Shown one piece after another: positions 27,391 through 43,005 of a stretch of 64,000 nucleotides of DNA (positions are counted from its first letter, which is position 1; each line of letters starts with the position of its first letter). The notes beneath the pieces are model-generated. The model saw only the letters and a list, made by a program, of their open reading frames with translations. It did not search any database and was not told where the DNA came from. Made by a program: the position numbers and the translations under genes. The DNA is from Antedon mediterranea (lineage: Eukaryota > Animalia > Echinodermata): positions 22,767,237-22,831,236 of the forward strand of contig NC_092672.1 of assembly GCF_964355755.1 (NCBI RefSeq). The letters are read 5' to 3'.

Positions 27391-28980
27391 AACTAGAATT
27401 TAATTCGTCACTTTGACGAATTATAGGTGATCATTTTTATCATTTTAATGAAATTAATTTTTTTTAAACATGTACGTACGTTAACATACGATAGGAAAAT
27501 GTTGATGTATGCCATCCTATTATACGCTTATAGTGCTGAGTTATGCCTATTATATGCCATATACAATGTACAGTATATACTGTATATCTATATACAGTGT
27601 AGCATAGGTGAAATTATGGGACACACATCAAGTTCAAATTTTTTGGTATGATGGAATTATCAAAATAAACTCGAAGATGACAATTTCGAAAGATAATGAA
27701 TTGAGCAAATAAATATAAGGATTGGAAGAGAATTTGACACGTAGAAGCGCAATGCGCGCTCTTTGAAATTTGTATAACTTCGACTAAAGAAATTTAAAAA
27801 CTACTTTTTAACTTCAACTGGCCATATGATAACATCACAACATCCGATAGGCTTAATTTTGATATGAATTCATATCTACATTTCATCAGCTTTCATAATA
27901 AATTATAATCTTCAAGGTCACCTTTAATTCTGAGGAGCTATAAGATATTCAAATGTATGGTGTAGCTGAAATTACACGACCTAGGTTATTCAAGTTTTTA
28001 CGCGTGATGACGTCATCACAATAAAAATGTTGACAACTCACGAGAAAGATAATTAATTGAGCAAGCACATACTAAAATATCTGCAAAAATCGGCCTCAAA
28101 TAACGGAGATGCGCTCTATTGAATGTGATAACCCACACAAAAAGATAAAAATTACTAATTTTTAAATTCAAGTGGCCATTTCATGACGTCATACCATTTT
28201 GTACGTCTAATATGTATATATATTTATATCTACAACTTATTGGCTTCCATAATAAGTTAAAAAAATTGGGGTCACCTGCCATTCTGAAGAGTTATATTCA
28301 TTTTAAAAAGGCCTTATTTTTTACCATTTTTAGCACTTTTGTACAATTAATGTGTGCATTTTGTCATTTTTAACGTGCTCGTATAGCGTTATTTTAAGTC
28401 GGAATGGACTCAAAGTCGGAGAATGTACTAAGGATTGTGAGTAGAATATGATGTATACATCAAATTTTATTTTTTACCCTTTTTAAAAATCGCGTGCGCA
28501 AAAATGTGTTTTTGCACAGTAATTTTTTGAAACACGCAAATGGCCTATTTCATGCTCTAAATTGATCAAAACTTAAATTTGAGCTTTTTAAAATTTTAAT
28601 GCGCGATTTCACGCGCATGACCTTGAAACACGCAATTTTTTATTTGCTAATACTTTTACCTTTGACCTGAAGTTTACGTGTAGTGAATTTCATTAATATG
28701 TGATAATGAATTATGGAGATATGATTGACAATGTGATTTCACAAAATGGCGTATACGCGACGTCATGGATGAGTGATCACGCTGAAAAGCTTATTAGGAC
28801 TAAGTTACAGTATTTGAAAGACATTGTAAAATTTTGGTAATCATTTACATTAAACTTTTTGAGATAATTGTTACACAAATTTGTACAGAGAGAAATAAAT
28901 AATAAGAATAAGAAAAAGAAGAATAAAGATTTCATACAATAACAATAGGTGATCATTTTATTCTAAATGATCACCTAAAA
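27391..28980 (-). mobile_element. Non-autonomous Helentron (HINE/DINE-1-like)
   Basis: Minus strand 5' end: ttttaggtgatcattt..aaatgatcaccta palindrome plus a TTC/TTA microsatellite; 3' end: subterminal IR aatgatcaccta, hairpin aattcgtca-aag-tgacgaatt, then ctagtt. Confidence 0.82.
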
Positions 28981-29552
28981 AGTTGTTAAAAAATAAATTA
29001 TATGATGATAAAGTAGAATAATTCTAGATTATTGGGGATAAAAGATTTATGATACTATTAAGCAATTTCCATACAGTAATAGCCTTATTCAGTTTAATTA
29101 AAACTGTATATTTTAATTTTAATATGCAGTTTTTTTTAATTTTTTGTGTTCACATTTATAATTTTTGAATAAATTTGTAGCTTTACAATCTAATTTTGAA
29201 GTGTGCATCCATATCTTTTATGTATTTTTTTTGTAATATTTTCAAACTTTAGCTATCCTTCTACTTATGTACAGTATTATTATACCCCAAAAATAAGTGT
29301 TAAATCAAGTGTGTGATACACTACATGAAACAGTAGCTGTTATATTGGTTCGATGGGGTTTGCTATGTTTTTTGGAGAAAGTTTGTGGGGTTTAGAAATT
29401 ATTTTAAACCAAAATATGATGTTTACCCCAAAAGTAAGTAAATTAGCAATGATCATACAGTTATCATTTTCAACTAGATTTTGATAAATTTGTCTTTTAA
29501 TACAGTAACAATACATCTACCTTTGTATAACCTCTGTACTTAACATTTTCAG

Positions 29553-29651
29553 TATGGATCGTCACCTTTGCATTATGCTAGTAGAGAGGGACACAAGGAT
29601 ATCTGCCATTTTCTAATTCAAGCCGGATCCAATATCCATCTTGTTGATCAA
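29553..29651 (+). CDS. Gene 2 ankyrin-repeat exon B
   Basis: ttttcAG|...|GTAAGT, 99 bp, phase 0; YGSSPLHYASREGHKDICHFLIQAGSNIHLVDQ. Confidence 0.93.
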
Positions 29652-30104
29652 GTAAGTCATACAAACCTATTTATTTAGGTGCATATTGTGATTTTAAAGA
29701 TATACCACTTTTGTTAAAGATGTTTAATTTTTTTAATAACAAACAATAATATATTTTAATATTATAGTTTCATTGAATTAATGTTTACATTTTTCATAGA
29801 ATCTACAAACTCAAATTGAAGATCTTTAATATAAATGATTCTGTCTGATGTCTTATTGTTGTACAGTATTATAGAAAGAATCATTTCCTCTTAGACCTTA
29901 TCTTTATTCATTATACTTATATTTTAACGATTTACATTACTGTATATGTCGCTATTTTTTATTCTTAGACATTTTTTTGGCGCATGATCTTAATTGTGGC
30001 ACTTTTTCTATAAACAATTTCATAGAATTACGATAAGTAATATTAGTAAGGAGATTGACTCAATTTTAAATAAAAACCTGTTTAATTTAAATTGATTCCC
30101 TTTT

Positions 30105-30660
30105 TTATTTGTTATAATAATAATGACATGTCTATTTGTATTGATAATGATTGCAAACTATTATTATGCCGATGACAGTGCCTTATGGTGGCTCATCATG
30201 ATCCAATATACATTTTATATACTGTAAACTAGGGCATGTATGCAACCATGATGCAACTATGTTGCAAGTGGTTGGTTGCAAATAAGTTGTCCTTACACCC
30301 ACAAAACAGAGTGGGAATTTAAAAGAAAATTTTCAAATATTTAGAATTTCAAAGTAATTTTTAATGATTAGACTATCCTTAGTCATGATTTCATTGAGTA
30401 GCTTGGTTTACAAATTGATAACTGTATTTCAAATGAAGACTATAATGTTACATGCCAAAAAGCAATGAATTCAAGACTGACATTTTTGTACAGGCAGACT
30501 AACTTCTTAGACATGCAAAGTAGACACTTTTATGCTCTGCAATAATTCAATGTGTTTTCGACTACTGTATGCTACATCAGTCTGGTATTCTGGTTTAACT
30601 TCACTCCTCAAAATAAACTGTAACCGTAAATAAAATTGTACAGTTTATTCTTCTCACCCA
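30105..30660 (+). pseudogene. Decayed non-LTR retrotransposon (L2/Crack/CR1-group) reverse transcriptase fragment
   Basis: Broken frames give NDMSICIDNDCKLL/YADDSAL, WLVANKLSLH, SRLTFLYRQ and WYSGL. Confidence 0.7.
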
Positions 30661-33600
30661 CTAACAATCAACCACTAATGAAACAATTAACAGTAGAAAA
30701 TGTTGAGTTATTTTGGGAAATATTCTGGATTTTTTTTTTCTAATTTGTTGAACTTCAGTTTTAATCCTATGTGTGTTTGTCAATTCTCTATGTTTTTCTT
30801 CTCTGAGACAAATATGGTACTACATTTTTCGCATGTATGCGCTCATGAACTTTTGTCTGTCCCACTTAATAAAGTTGAATTGTCAAGTTTGTTGAATTTA
30901 GCCTGGTTAATGTCTGTCCGTTCATTTGTTAATTTAATATTTGTACAAATGTAGGACATACAGTATAGGGTCTTTACTTTTTATAGAGTCTATTGAACCT
31001 AGTTTGACTGTCTGTCCATCTTTCTGTTCTCATTTTTAACCTTTGGACTTAGGGTATTTAAAATGAAAATGCCACCTTCGGTTTTTTGCGAGTGGGAGAT
31101 GTGGAAATGATAATTTACAACGAGAGTATCTCCCCAATCCCATATTAGAACAAACTAAATTCCCTTTATCTAATTATAATTTGAGTAGAATATAAAAAAT
31201 GATAATGAAATATAATGAAACACCTAACTTTTTCTTCAAATATGTTAGATACAGAGATGCTGTACTGACAGCTGTAAGTTGCTAACTTTTTTTGTGCAAT
31301 TGTTGTGTATTAAAATTGATTGGGAAAAAAGAAATCACAAAACATTTTAATCTTTTGTAGTTTATTGTAAAGAACATTGTTTTTATTTCATTTTCATAAA
31401 TAGTAGTATACACTTACATATAAATAGAATTCAGTACCGTAATACTTAAAAACATAGGCGTACAATGTTTCAAGCAGTTAAGGTAAGAGGAATCATTGGA
31501 CAGTATTAAACAGTTTAAATTTAAAAGAAAAAATTAAATTTATTGTATTTTGGTTCTCAAACAACAAGTGTTGTTCAGTGACTTTATAGAGATCCTTACT
31601 GCTAGCTGCCAAGAAATGTTTTTCTTGGTTCTGTGAGATTTTGTTTAGTACATGTTGTTGTATCTCTACACATTTCCAAACTCCTTTATTGCTTTATTAA
31701 TCCTTCTAGCTTCATTTTCATTTTGTTTGTCATTTCTGTCATGGTCTGTTTAATGAATAGGAAAAAATATACCATTTAGTCACATGATTTATATATTTAT
31801 ACTTTTATTGTACATGAACGTTATTAGTGAAATGAGGTTGGTTATATTTTGTTAACATATGTACAAAATTGAACTATGGTGAAATGCATGCAGTACATAA
31901 TGTTATTATAAAAAATGTTACACTTTTGTACCAGTAACTTCCATAATGAATGAAGGAATGTTGAATACTTTGATTTGGATGAGGGTGGGGCTACTGATAT
32001 TTTTTACCTACCGGTAATAGCTTACTTAAGATTATTTTATTTTTATTTTTTAATTTTAATTTATCTATCAACTGACAGATATGAAAACCTCCACTAAAAA
32101 GTTGATAAACATGAAACAGTAACATCTTTATCTCATTGTAACATTAAACAACGGAAGCAGGTTAATAATACTGCAGTGTAATTCTTTAATATAATAAACA
32201 GTATGAATATTATTATTATAAAGTGTTGTACATTAAACAAGCATTGCGGATTGTTTGTATATTAGAAATATGCACAAAATTAAATTATGACAAAGTGCCG
32301 GTTTAACTTGGTAACAACAGTTTCTACTAGGCCGACATTACAATTCCTTAATCTAATAAAACAGTGCATGAATCTTATAATGAATTAATGCACATTGCAC
32401 AGGAGGTGGAGGATGGGTAGGGTTAAATGAATTAAGCACAATGGTGGTACTTACCTGACTGAATGTTGAATACTGATTGTTGAATGTGTCTCTCCTGGCG
32501 GAGGGAAACAACAATTTACAAAAGAATGCCATAACATGTGGAGTAGCGTGATTGTTGTTCACCTAGTTGTGTGTGTATGTTATTATAAAATTTATTTTAT
32601 CAAAATATTAAAACCACTTTAAAAATGAAATAAAAAATGTTTACATGGAACTACATGTAATACACAAAACAGTGATATTTATTAGGCCGTCATCCTTTCA
32701 CCCACTAACAAGTTTTACAATAACAAACCTTTTTTCTCATACTTTCTCTCTCTCTCTCTCTCTCTGTAAATGTGACTTATCTCCAACTTTCCGTACGGAA
32801 AGTCTTACGATTACAAAATTGATGACCGGATGGGCACGGACTGATAATTTTAAAAATGAAAATATGTTTTAAGATTAAAATTTACATTTCCATCTGATAA
32901 TTAAGATACTGTCAGGTTAAAACATTGAAGTATAGATAAGTAAACAAAGATTTTGGTTAAGTTTAATTTAGTAGTCAAACCATTATTTATCCAACAAGAG
33001 TTGGCGGACAAACAAACGTAACTCGAATCCTAGATTTCCAACTTTCAAAACATAACAAATATTCTAGTGGTTAAACTGTTGTTATGTTTGGTAATGTATT
33101 ACATTATTGAAAGCTATATTAGTGGTTAATTGTTGTTATAAATGTGTCATTTTAACAGAACAAATACTAAGAGATACATTATAGCATTTATGTTATAAGA
33201 CTTCAGTTAATAGAAGTCCTATTTTGATATTTGTGTCTTTTTTGGTTTTCATTAATTCTAAAAGCAAGTAATATAATTTAAAATACAAATTGCAGAGTTG
33301 TAAAATAAATGTTTCAAACATGCAGTTGCAAATAAAAAAAAGGCAAATTACTAAAAATAATGACAATGCTATGCTATGGGTGGCTGGATCTCAATGGAAA
33401 TAAAGTAAGCAAAAAGCTAAAGTAAAAGTTAAAACAGCCAGACATTTTAATATAGATATCTTCTCTATTGTTTGTGTGTAAATGGACATTTATTTATGTT
33501 TTGTTAATATTTTTTAATTATATGTCAGTCACATATTTTCCATCCTCGTTTTTAGTGTAGGACATTAAAACTGCATTCATTGTCATGTTTTCTGAGCTTT

Positions 33601-36600
33601 CAAAGCCTGTTCTTTAATATCAGTTCAAACTGGAAAACAACATCCTGGTTGAATATTCTAGCACTCGAATATTGTTCAATGTTTTTAATGTCTTGATTTG
33701 TGGTGAAAGGAATGTTTGATAGTTGGTCTTAACAGTGGCAGATCCAGAGGGAGAAAGTAAAGTACTTTCAATTCATTAATTAAAACACATTGTTTCAGCG
33801 CCGTGCTAATTTAGTCTTTATTAGAGGTTGCCATTGCTGTTGCTGTCATCACACAAAATTATTGTTATGGGTGTTTTGCTAAGTGGTATGACACATGTTC
33901 TTTTGCTGTCTAGCTAGATAATTCTGAAGAATATTATCAGCCTAGACAAAGAGCGCACAGGAGAAATATTTGAATACTCATTTAACCAAGCGATTCCTAT
34001 ACTGTAATTTGAAAACAGTCCTGATAGTCTCTCCAAAACATTGGAGAATTTGTGTGTTTGAAAACTACTGAAAAGATGTTCAATTGCATTTTTTGATGAC
34101 TATAAACCCTGCAACCAGTGCATCAGCAGAGCGAGAAAATTTAGCTCTAGAGACTGTAAAAAATTATCTTTGAGGTACCATAATGGAAGATCGACTAAAT
34201 GCATTGTTATTGATGTTTGTTCATCAGGACATTAAACTTAATTACGATGTCATTTAAGTATGTGAATATGTATCCCCGCTGGATGAAGTATGTAGGCCTA
34301 TTTTTATTTATTAAATTTACAGCATTGTTATTACATGTTATTGTTAAGATAATAAAATTAATAAGCAGTATAGAGATTCAGCCACTGATTACCACAGCAT
34401 TGTCATTTTTTATTGAAGTCGCGTCATTTTTTAAAAGTAGTTAATAGGCAGCTTTCGAAACACACAACGCGGTGATTATCGAGATGCGAAAGACTGTGAA
34501 ATCCTACTGCGTATGCGAGAGCAAAGCCAGTTTGTTCGGCCTGCTCATCACGAGACGAGATTTGGCTGATTTGGAAGACACAAGACTTGTACTACTGATT
34601 GTATTTTATTTAGAAAGATATTTAAGAACTGTTGTGTGATGACAATGTGTTATTAAATTTCCTACCAAGGAACACATATTTGGAACAATTTAACAGACTA
34701 TATAAAACAATCCCCCACTTTAAGTTTGTTTAAACAGAGATTAAAGCAATATTATAACAATAGAAATATTTAAGTTAAGTAAATCACATTATGTTATTTT
34801 GGTCTGTTCCTTTTGTTTGTTCTAATTGTTTGATCTTTTTGTTAGGGTTACATGCTTAAGCACTTGTGCTTATTTTGTATCCCATTCCATTATCTTATTA
34901 TTTGTATTGTATTTGTATATGTATTTATTTTGATTATGGAATAAAAATGTCGATGAATTGAATTGAATTGAATTGAAATTAGACCCTAGTAGTAGGGAAA
35001 TGCGATCATCATCATGAATCATGGTGATGGCAGGTGCTTTGGTATTAGCGATCCTGTGACAATGACCTGATCGCGTTTTCATAAAATTGAAACAGTTTAT
35101 AATTCGTGATGCGAAAGGCATGTAAACGGTATCCATGGTTGACTGACTTCCGCGTCTCGCGTCGCCACTTCGAAAGCTCACTATTGCCATACCGGAAGTA
35201 CCTTTATCAGGGAATTCCCCCAGATGGTCACATTGAACGTGTGTTTACAAGCGGAAAAAGTAGACTACGATCTTTTTACCAATTGTTAACACGCTATGGG
35301 AGTGTCATTTCCGGCCAACTATAGGTGCCATTTATCATAAATTTTACGTGCGAGAATACAATTTCCAACCGTCTGGGGGTGTCATTTAACAAAATTTGCT
35401 TCACCACAGGTCCCACCTGTGCCTCATGTACTTGATGACTGGTTGCGTCCCCTCTCCCCTTTACTAGAAGGCTGGATCCGCCCTTGTTTATGATGAGCAA
35501 CAATGCCTGTTTTCTGTGTGGTGTAATTAAAAAGAAGTAAATATGATTGCAACTTCATTCTCCTTGTACCTCCTTTTACACCCCTTGAAAATAAATTACA
35601 TAAATGAATAATTAAATATCAAAATGAATAATTATAAACATAATGTAAGTCCATCATGTACTTCATATTTCATATCATAAAACGCTACCACAGGCACTAA
35701 TAATAGAATTAGAAGCCAGGCATATACAGTAGGCACATTGGTGGGCTAGTTTGTCCTGTCACATCTGGACCGAATCGTCCTGAATTCAACTAGTTATAGT
35801 AGCCTAGGCAGTAAGTAACGTAATGCTAAACATAACCTAGTGTTAATTACATGCATTAGGTGTTTCAAGCTTATTTTTGGCAAGATCGGCGTACATGAGT
35901 TAGAAACATGAACAAACCATACTTACCACCGATTCGAAGTTTGAAATGTGCGCTGAGCACATGCTATCTCTCAATATTTGCTAGCAATGACTTCTTAAGT
36001 GATTTGATTTTGACGCAAGATTTATCGAATGCAGCATTTGACAATTTGCAAATAAATTGGTCTAAAAACACATTTTTCGCAAAAATGTGCCATTCTAACA
36101 TCGATTAATAAATAAAAGGAACTAAAAGGTGTCCCAGCTCTAACAGCGCTAGCGGTTTTATTATATTAGGAGAAGATAGAGTAAATAGGCTTAATTGGTT
36201 ATTGATTAGGCCAAATAAAACCTCCTTTTTAAAAAACTTTTTTTTGTAAAGTTGCCCAAGAAACACCACTGAGAAGATCATTTTTTACTTTTATAACTTA
36301 ATTGCTAAATTGTGTGTGCGGCCAAATATTATTTGAAAGGTGTTAAACTTCTAGACTGGTATTTTGTTTGGATATCATAGATGAAACTACCCCTACAGCA
36401 TCGCAAAGAAGAATAATAATAGTTTTGAAGACTTTTTTTTTTAATTATGATTTTATATCATTAAGTATGTCACGGCAACATTGCCAGTGGGTTTGGTGTG
36501 TTGTGGAGGGTGGACTCAAGACAAGAATAATATACATATAAAACACTATAATATTATATGTCCAGATTATCTACAGGTGAATTATCTTCATGAGTCCATT

Positions 36601-37375
36601 TCCAATTTTACGTCGAAATACAGTACTCTTTGTTCATGTCACTCCCATATTTCCACTCCATCTTATCCATAATTTCTTCGGTGATTTCTCTGATGTTTTC
36701 TAAGCTTAATCTAATTAATTTGCCACTTCTCTATTCTCAAGTGGCACTGTAACACAGACAAATATTACCGTAGTATACAGTTCATTTACGGTACCCTATA
36801 ACATTCATTAGACCAACAATCTATTTTATAAATATAACTATTTACTTACAATGCAGCCTCGTACGCAAATCCCAATTTCATTGTCGTATGGTGACAATGC
36901 TCACTCGCTCCACGTTGTCTACAAAAAGACTGTATGCGCTACTCCGCAGTCTACACAAAACCTCGTTATTCAAATAATTTGCTCATTACCATAATTATAG
37001 TGATCACCTGTTGGATTATTATTATTTTGTGACAAAGTAGTCAAATTTTGAAAAGCATATTTCACAGTTTAAACTTTTTAATCAAAAATACTATGTAGAA
37101 ATGTTGTCATCAGTGACTTAACTATCAATACTGTGCAACTCCTTTTCATAACTTTCTCAGTTGGGTTCACTTCCAGGATTCAACATTTTTTTAAATTACT
37201 ACTTTTCTGAAATATGGTGAGGGACCTAAATGATGTATCTCTACAAAACATTAAAGACCCCCACCCTGCATTGAGTAACTCTTTTAGAACAATTCTGTCC
37301 TTAACATTTCATAGTATGCAAATACAGGTTCCTGGCAAAGCAGCATAAAAGTGGACGTAGTTGTGCAAACATTAA

Positions 37376-37846
37376 GGAGGTTTCGCAACACGGTTATGTC
37401 ACACAAAATTATTCGTTTTCATAAGCCAGTACAAATCTGTTTCGCATGGCAACAAAATATTGAGGGCGCCATCCAAAATCTGACTGCTGTAAATTTGAAT
37501 GAAATGCAGGTACATGTTTCAATGGTTGCCTATAGGCCTAGTGTAGCGAGAGAGGACTTTAAAAACTGCTATTTATCAAAATTGACTTGGCATTTTTACT
37601 AAATTACTTTCAATAAATTATCTATAATTATATTATAATCATGAATCATTTTTTATTCAATGCAAAGCGTGCAAAATAGATAAAAAACTATGACTGGTGA
37701 TTTTAAGCTATACTCGTTTTTTAGTTACGAATATGACTGGTGATATTCGTCAACACAATTACGCTTTACGAATATCAGCTCAAAAGTTTAACAAATGTAT
37801 GACCTATCCGTTTTCGTTATCGTATTCGTAAGGTTGCGAAACCTCC
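37376..37846. mobile_element. MITE (PHIS/Harbinger-like)
   Basis: 14-bp inverted termini ggaggtttcgcaac / gttgcgaaacctcc. Confidence 0.7.
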
Positions 37847-40800
37847 ATATTATTGGTGCCATCATATATCAACATCTTTATAGGCTATGTAGAATCTGTA
37901 GCAAAACTAGCATCGATATGGCTTTTACTTTTTCCAATACTATAAAATGAAAATAGAGAATATTTAATATTCTTAATGAATCACAGGATCAAGTGTAAAA
38001 TTGTATTCAGAGATTTATGGAAAATTATGGTTTCAATTAATGTTTACCCAATTTGTAATAATAACGCTATTAAACAAAATAGGGTGAAGTTTGAACAACT
38101 TAGTGTATAAGTCCTTTTTATACTGTATTCTAATTGATACTATTGTACCACGTCATAATGTTAGCAAACTCCCTGCTTTGTAGCCATACTACAGTTTTTT
38201 CATGAACATTTTCTGATTTTTGTAATACCAATATAAACATGGTCAATTTATTTCATCTAATAGAGATCAATGAAAAAATTAAATAGAGATCTAAAACAAC
38301 AGATGATCACATTTGTTGATTTTAAATTGTCTGCTTTACGGCATATTTAACTGTCTACTGACTGCATATTTAAACATTGATGATTGTTAGAATTCAAATT
38401 ATTCTGCACTCAGATCTTTAAATCACTGGTGCTTATACTTGTACATATACTTTACAGTGGAAACAGGATGCTAATTTGTCAACTTATATTATCTCTAAAA
38501 TACTTTGATAACAAGTAGTATATCAACACTGAAATATTATGAAGAGGGAAGCTTGAATCATTCCAAAATAGGGATAGGCTGCTGTGTAGTGTTCATATGA
38601 CATGTTCAGTTTTGAAATTCACTAGTAAATAATAAAACCTTACTTTCTGTCTATAATAGCATTACTCGTAATCATCATTAGCAAGTAAGGAGAAAAGAGG
38701 GACTTACACCTTCATTTTAAAATTAGTTTGTCATATATCTATATATATACAGCCATGAAAAATAGGAATACCAATACCCAAAAATACAACAAGATGGGAT
38801 TTGTAATTTAATGAATAGAGCACGCAAACAGACAGAAAACATTTTTGTTTTTGGTTATGCATTTTGTTTAATACAATTCAATACCCACATTCTGGATTTC
38901 TGTAGTACATTTATCTTTTCAGTTCATATTTTATGCATACAAAATTGAGAACCACCAATTCATCACCATTTCCACTTACATTAAAGCAATAATTAGTATT
39001 ATAGTATTTTGTTATGATGAACTATTATAATTTTATTTAAAGCAATTTCAGATAAAAGCTATGCATAGAAATCTTTTGAATTGCAATAAATAAACACATG
39101 ACCTTTTTCTACGACAATTAAAAAAAGCATTATAGTGAACAAAAACTATGATTGTATTGTTTTTCTTGAAAAATCAGTAGATCAGAAATATTTAAAAAAC
39201 AATGATTAAAATGAAGTTGCAACAATTTGAATATCATTTATTAGTAGGAATGTACAAAAGCCCTAAACTCATACTTACAGTGAGAGCTCACACATTTCAT
39301 TTTACATACACATGCACTTGAAAATGAAAGTTACACAATGATGACACATTATCTTCAAAACAAATGTAAATGTACTTTACATTAATTGTTTCTCCACTTA
39401 ACTGTTTTCATAGTCACATTATTATCATTTATATGGGACTGTTTTGTACTACAATACTTTATGCTGTTATCAAAATGACTTTATACTATACTGCAATATT
39501 TACATCGATCTTCCTTTCTGGTGAAGTAGACCCTATCATAGAGGCTTACACTATGTATATCAAGGTCTGCTCGCCCTAATTTGGCCAACATTTTCGGCCG
39601 CTATAAATGTATTGGCCACGAAACATTAATTACATTACTCAAAATTTGCGCCACCTTAATTCTGTAGTATTTGTCCATAGTATTTCAAGAACGAATTCTG
39701 CTCATTATAATATTTTTAATTCATTTCCACGTCTGTTCATAACTTGCCTCCAAATGTTAAAGATAGTCTAGTTTTTTCCCTTTCTTCATTTATATATTCA
39801 CTTAAGAAAAACTTGCCTCAAATACCTGTCTGAACTCAATGAAATGTGAAATGTTATTTTAAACTGTTTTTCTTTATTTAAGTTTATTTAATTTTTACAC
39901 TTTAGGGGTGTCATACTTTATTTCATCGTTCACACCAACAGTTGATTGAATGTAATGTTTAAATATTATCTACTCAACAAAAATATGTTCCATTTGTATA
40001 ATGTATAGTAATAAATTAATAAACCTTACATTATTCTTTCTTTGCGCATCTAAATACCTTATAAAGTATGAATACACATGTGGTTGATAACCACAATAAA
40101 ATAAAATATAGATAATTCTAATTGGTACACATACTGGCCCACATCTTTCTGTTTCACTACATCATACTGGTCCTGCCAGTTGAATCTATTTCTACAGAGC
40201 AATCTCACTATTTAAACAAATTCCGAAACTTATTTAAAAGGTGAGATTCTATGGTGTTTTCTGTCTGCAAATAACTTTCTGAATTCCAATAATTCAGACA
40301 ACAATGAATAAAAATATACAAGAAATAATTTTTACTGTAAAAAAAGACTTTCTGAGATAACAGTTTTAATTATTGTTCTTTCTTCATAAAATGATATTTT
40401 CTAAATTGATATTCTATTTAATAATTTAAGAAATAAAGATTTATTATCAATTATTTTTGTTTAAAAATCACAAACATTTCAGTGAACAAAAAATGTATAA
40501 TTTTCCATGAGCCTTCGTTGTACAGCAGCAGCCGACAAACATACACACTAATCAAACAATTGTCATCTATATACACCCCATTCGGCAAAAATATTTACCA
40601 TAGAGAAAGGATTGTTTTGACCATTATTCAATGATATGATGGTAATTATACTTGGCCTCTATGTTGACAGCCAAAACACAGTTATTGTTTATTGAACATA
40701 GGTCTTACAAACTTAATGTCTGCATACTGTACATATCTCAAAGACCCTCTGTGCACATGCCCAGTTTGAGTTTACAAATTCCCATTTAGACTTTCTTACC

Positions 40801-41723
40801 AGACGTGCTTTGGGGTGTGCTCATGCCCAGTTTGTGTTTCTAAATACCCATTTTTTCAGCCTCAGTAATCTATTATAAGCTTCTGCATGGCTAATGCTTC
40901 CGTTCTCTTGAATGTAACTGCCTAAAGGACTGGTGCGAAAATTATTATTTACTTTTGAAAATTAACTTTTTTATTTATTTTATTTACTGAAGTATATAAA
41001 ATGTTGATGGGATAAGCAATGATTATGGAACATACAGCACTTTATTTGTTTATTGGTATACTCCTGGTGAGCATGGTCTACTATGAAAGTTTTAGCCTCA
41101 GTGAATATTATTCACATCCTAATTCCTATACACAATATATTGAACTTTTTGTCTTCAATGTTCATCAAAATAATATATTAATATCAGATTATTTATTTTT
41201 GTTTTAAATTAGTTATATAGGATTTATATAATTTTTTATTAGATAATTGTTAGTTGCATTAAATTTGTTTGAAATGTCAGTATGTATACATATGAATAAA
41301 TAATGTTTATTATTTCTTTTATAATTACTGTATAATGTCTTTTTTCCAGTGATTGTTTTTGTTATATCTTTGAAATAAAAAGAATATAACATTTTTTTTG
41401 GTGTAAATTTTAATCATTTTAATAAGTCAATTCAATAAATATAAAACACTAATAATAAAGATGTTATAAAATCTATTAAAATGTATAAATTTTAATATTT
41501 TTTACATTGATATGATTTGCTTGGTTCTTGGTAGTATTCTGGCATCAGCCAAACCTTCACTCATTTTAAAGACAGGCTTGAGCTATCCAGGGAGGTATGA
41601 AAATGGTCATGGTATTTCTAAAAACTGTCCATTTGATCTAACAAATTTTAAAAATGAAAACATGTTTATACATATATCTGTTATGTGGTTCAAAAAGATG
41701 TCTACAATTAACTTGTTTATCTA

Positions 41724-41828
41724 TTTTAGTCGTGTGCAACGTGACTCTACAGCTCACTATGTTGGTCGGTCGGTAAACACTAACTCAAATTTGCGCACAC
41801 GACTGCAGCCATGTATATGGCCTTGTTT
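41724..41828 (+). mobile_element. About 105-bp mini-HINE, absent from copy B
   Basis: ttttagtcgtgtgc...gcacacgact subterminal IR plus gccat/atggc hairpin plus ttgttt; sits in a T-run. Confidence 0.7.
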
Positions 41829-41969
41829 TTTTATCAGATTAAACTCAACATTAATATTGTTACAATCAATATTTAGACTAATGTGTGTACGTCAAACCTC
41901 TTAAAACGGACAATGTTTTGTTGGTACACTAACAAATCTTTCTTTAGAATAGTGCAGGCCATTTACTCT

Positions 41970-43005
41970 AGGTCCAGAGAATTTGACTTCAGAAATTGGT
42001 TTAGGGTGGTCAAACAATCATTTTTGGCTTGGTTACACATTTTGAAAATGTGGCGAAAGGTCAAAAGGTCAGGTCAAAGGTTATAAGATCAAACAACATT
42101 ATGTCCTTAAATCTCGACAACCACTGGTCACAGCGAGGTAATTTTGGTCTCAAATTGATCAGAAGGTATACATTCATATTCAGTCTAATGAAACATTTTA
42201 GTCGAAAATGACCGGAAATGCCATTTCTGACCTTTGACCCATAAACCAGGGCATGTCTGTATCTCCGTAACTATTGGCCGTAGAGACTTGAATTTGGGCT
42301 CAAATTGTTCGAAATATACATTTAGTTATTTGTTATACACATTTTGAACAATGTTACAAAAGGTCAAAAGGTCAAGGCCAGGGGTTATATGAATTAACAC
42401 AAATAGGTATTTGTATCTCGGCAACCACTGGTCACAGCGAGTAAATTTTGGTCTCAAAATGTTCAGAAGGTATACATTCATATTCAGTCTAATGAAACAT
42501 TTTAGTAAAAAATGACCGGAAATGACATTTCTGACCTTTGACATACATACCAGGGCATCTTCTTATCTCTGTAAGTACAGGTCGTAGAAACTTAAATTTA
42601 GTATCAAATTGTTGGAAATACACATATTTACATTCATTCTAACAGAAAATTTGGATAAAAGATGATCATAAATACTATTAATTACTAATTTTTTAAATGA
42701 AAAACATATCTACCCAACTTATCATTAGACAGTAATGTTATGCAATAATTGATGCTTAATGATTTCATTATACTGTAGGAATTAAAACAAATCCTTTACT
42801 GTTTGTAATAATTGTACTTTTGCTTATAATAATGCTAGAAATTATTGTTGACCCCGAACGTTCAAACATTTTGAGAATGCTAGAAGTAATTTACTGTAGT
42901 TACCCGAATAAAAGCCTCGGGCATTTATTTATTCAGGGAAGGCGTTTATTTTGTTGGGTGTAATAATGGTAACATGTATAATCAAATAAATACACCCCAG
43001 ATATA
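41970..43005 (+). repeat. Left arm of an approximately 1-kb inverted repeat
   Basis: aggtccagagaatttgac...atggtaacatgtataatcaaataaatac is the reverse complement of 46475-47488. Confidence 0.9.
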
